Translations under genes and position numbers: made by a program
In this document: in pieces, positions 63,158 through 64,000 of the stretch
How positions within the stretch are numbered: the stretch's first letter is position 1
How the letters are laid out: the number at the start of each line of letters is the position of its first letter
IMG/VR virus record: IMGVR_UViG_3300028903_000001
Coordinates: 32,001-96,000 of that record
DNA length: 64,000 nucleotides
Strand: one strand, 5' to 3'
DNA from: a virus
Taxonomy: Duplodnaviria; Caudoviricetes
Notes under the pieces: model-generated
What the model was told of the DNA's origin: nothing
The model's input: only the letters and a program-made list of their open reading frames with translations
Databases searched by the model: none

Positions 63158-63963
63158 CTAAAACAGGCTCAATTGCCCGTCCCCTTTCTTCTCTATGACG
63201 CATTGACCATCGGGCAGGTACAGTTCGAACGGCGACAGGTACAGCAGTCCTGGGACGTAGTCGGCATACTGCACGCGCTTTCGCTGCTTGTAGACCTTGA
63301 CCCCATCGATTTGGCCCTCTTCGTAGTAGTAATGCGGCGTATCGACAGGCGAGACAGCCGCCACCAAGTCGTCGGGCCGAAACTCGACATAGGGACCTCT
63401 GCCACCGATCACGACGCGACGGTAGCTGCGGGCCACGAGGATCCTATTCTTGCCAGTGTACATGTCAACTCTGACACCAAAGACCGGGACCCTGAGTCGA
63501 GACTCGTAGTACGATGCCATAGCTAGTACATGTTGCTCATGACTTTCAGGATCGCCTCGGAGACCAGTTTTGCCTGCTCAGGCTGCATGGTAATTGTCGC
63601 CATGAGCTTCCCATCACTACAGTAGCTACGGATCTCCACAAGATCGATCCCGTCCCTATCGGGCCCAACCTCAATTCTATCTCCGTATTTGTCGTCCCAG
63701 ATCTGGCACATAGGCTCTAACTTGAATGGCATATCATCTCCCTTGAATGGCATATCATCTCCCTATCTTGCGACTTTGCACGCATCCAGGCATTTGTCAT
63801 AGCCGCTGTAGCATGCAGCTTTATGTGTCTCGCTCTTCTCAGCCGTTCCAAGCGGCTCGTGGAGGCAAGAGCTTCGATGGTTGCCGCACTCATTCACGCA
63901 CGCCGACACCGGGTCCATCGAGCATCCGATCAGGGTGGCGAGCCAGATCAGGTTGCGCATCAT
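63158..63963 (-). other. Three small hypothetical CDSs (63158..63520, 63523..63753, 63763..63963)
   Basis: Coupled ORFs; the last looks like a Cys-rich lipoprotein (LIGC, CxxxCxxxxxxC twice). Confidence 0.6.
63721..63762. repeat. 21-bp perfect tandem duplication covering an RBS and start codon
   Basis: CTTGAATGGCATATCATCTCC twice, giving MPFKGDD-MPFK. Confidence 0.9.
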
Positions 63964-64000
63964 GCCTCCGGTCTCGTTAGCTCATCGAGAACAGCGAGTT

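Overview
The whole 64 kb reads as part of one large bacterial virus genome (about 60% GC, densely packed genes, mostly on the minus strand, no host housekeeping context). Positions 1-31 kb are a virion module with no terminase, portal or tail genes: three beta-rich proteins that look like single-jelly-roll capsid proteins, a Lys/Arg-rich core protein, many single-helix membrane-anchored proteins, LysM and lytic transglycosylase proteins, spike/depolymerase proteins and a transglutaminase-like Cys-His-Asp protein. This points to a tailless, internal-membrane virus much larger than the described viruses of that design. Positions 32-44 kb hold putative effector and accessory genes (PcfJ-like, pentapeptide repeat, Gp88-like, ParB-like, ART-like), a host-like PHA-granule-region gene and tRNA-Arg(CCT). 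Positions 44.6-50.6 kb are the most striking locus: a Cre-like tyrosine recombinase with a lox-like palindrome and a stand-alone core-binding-domain gene, next to a Cas12m-like (type V-U1) effector with a degenerate RuvC site. It has two CRISPR arrays with the same 36-bp repeat, each behind its own copy of a 179-bp leader and separated by an unknown 208-aa gene. Both cas12m and that gene have a half-repeat about 30 nt upstream of their start codons. No cas1/cas2 is present. Next come a DEDDh exonuclease, an IS607 element with decayed tnpA but intact tnpB, DUF5131, DnaB helicase, a RusA-like protein and many small hypothetical genes. A recurring basic-x-Asn-Pro motif marks domain boundaries in several putative virion cargo proteins. 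All family calls come from recognising motifs by eye; no database search was run.
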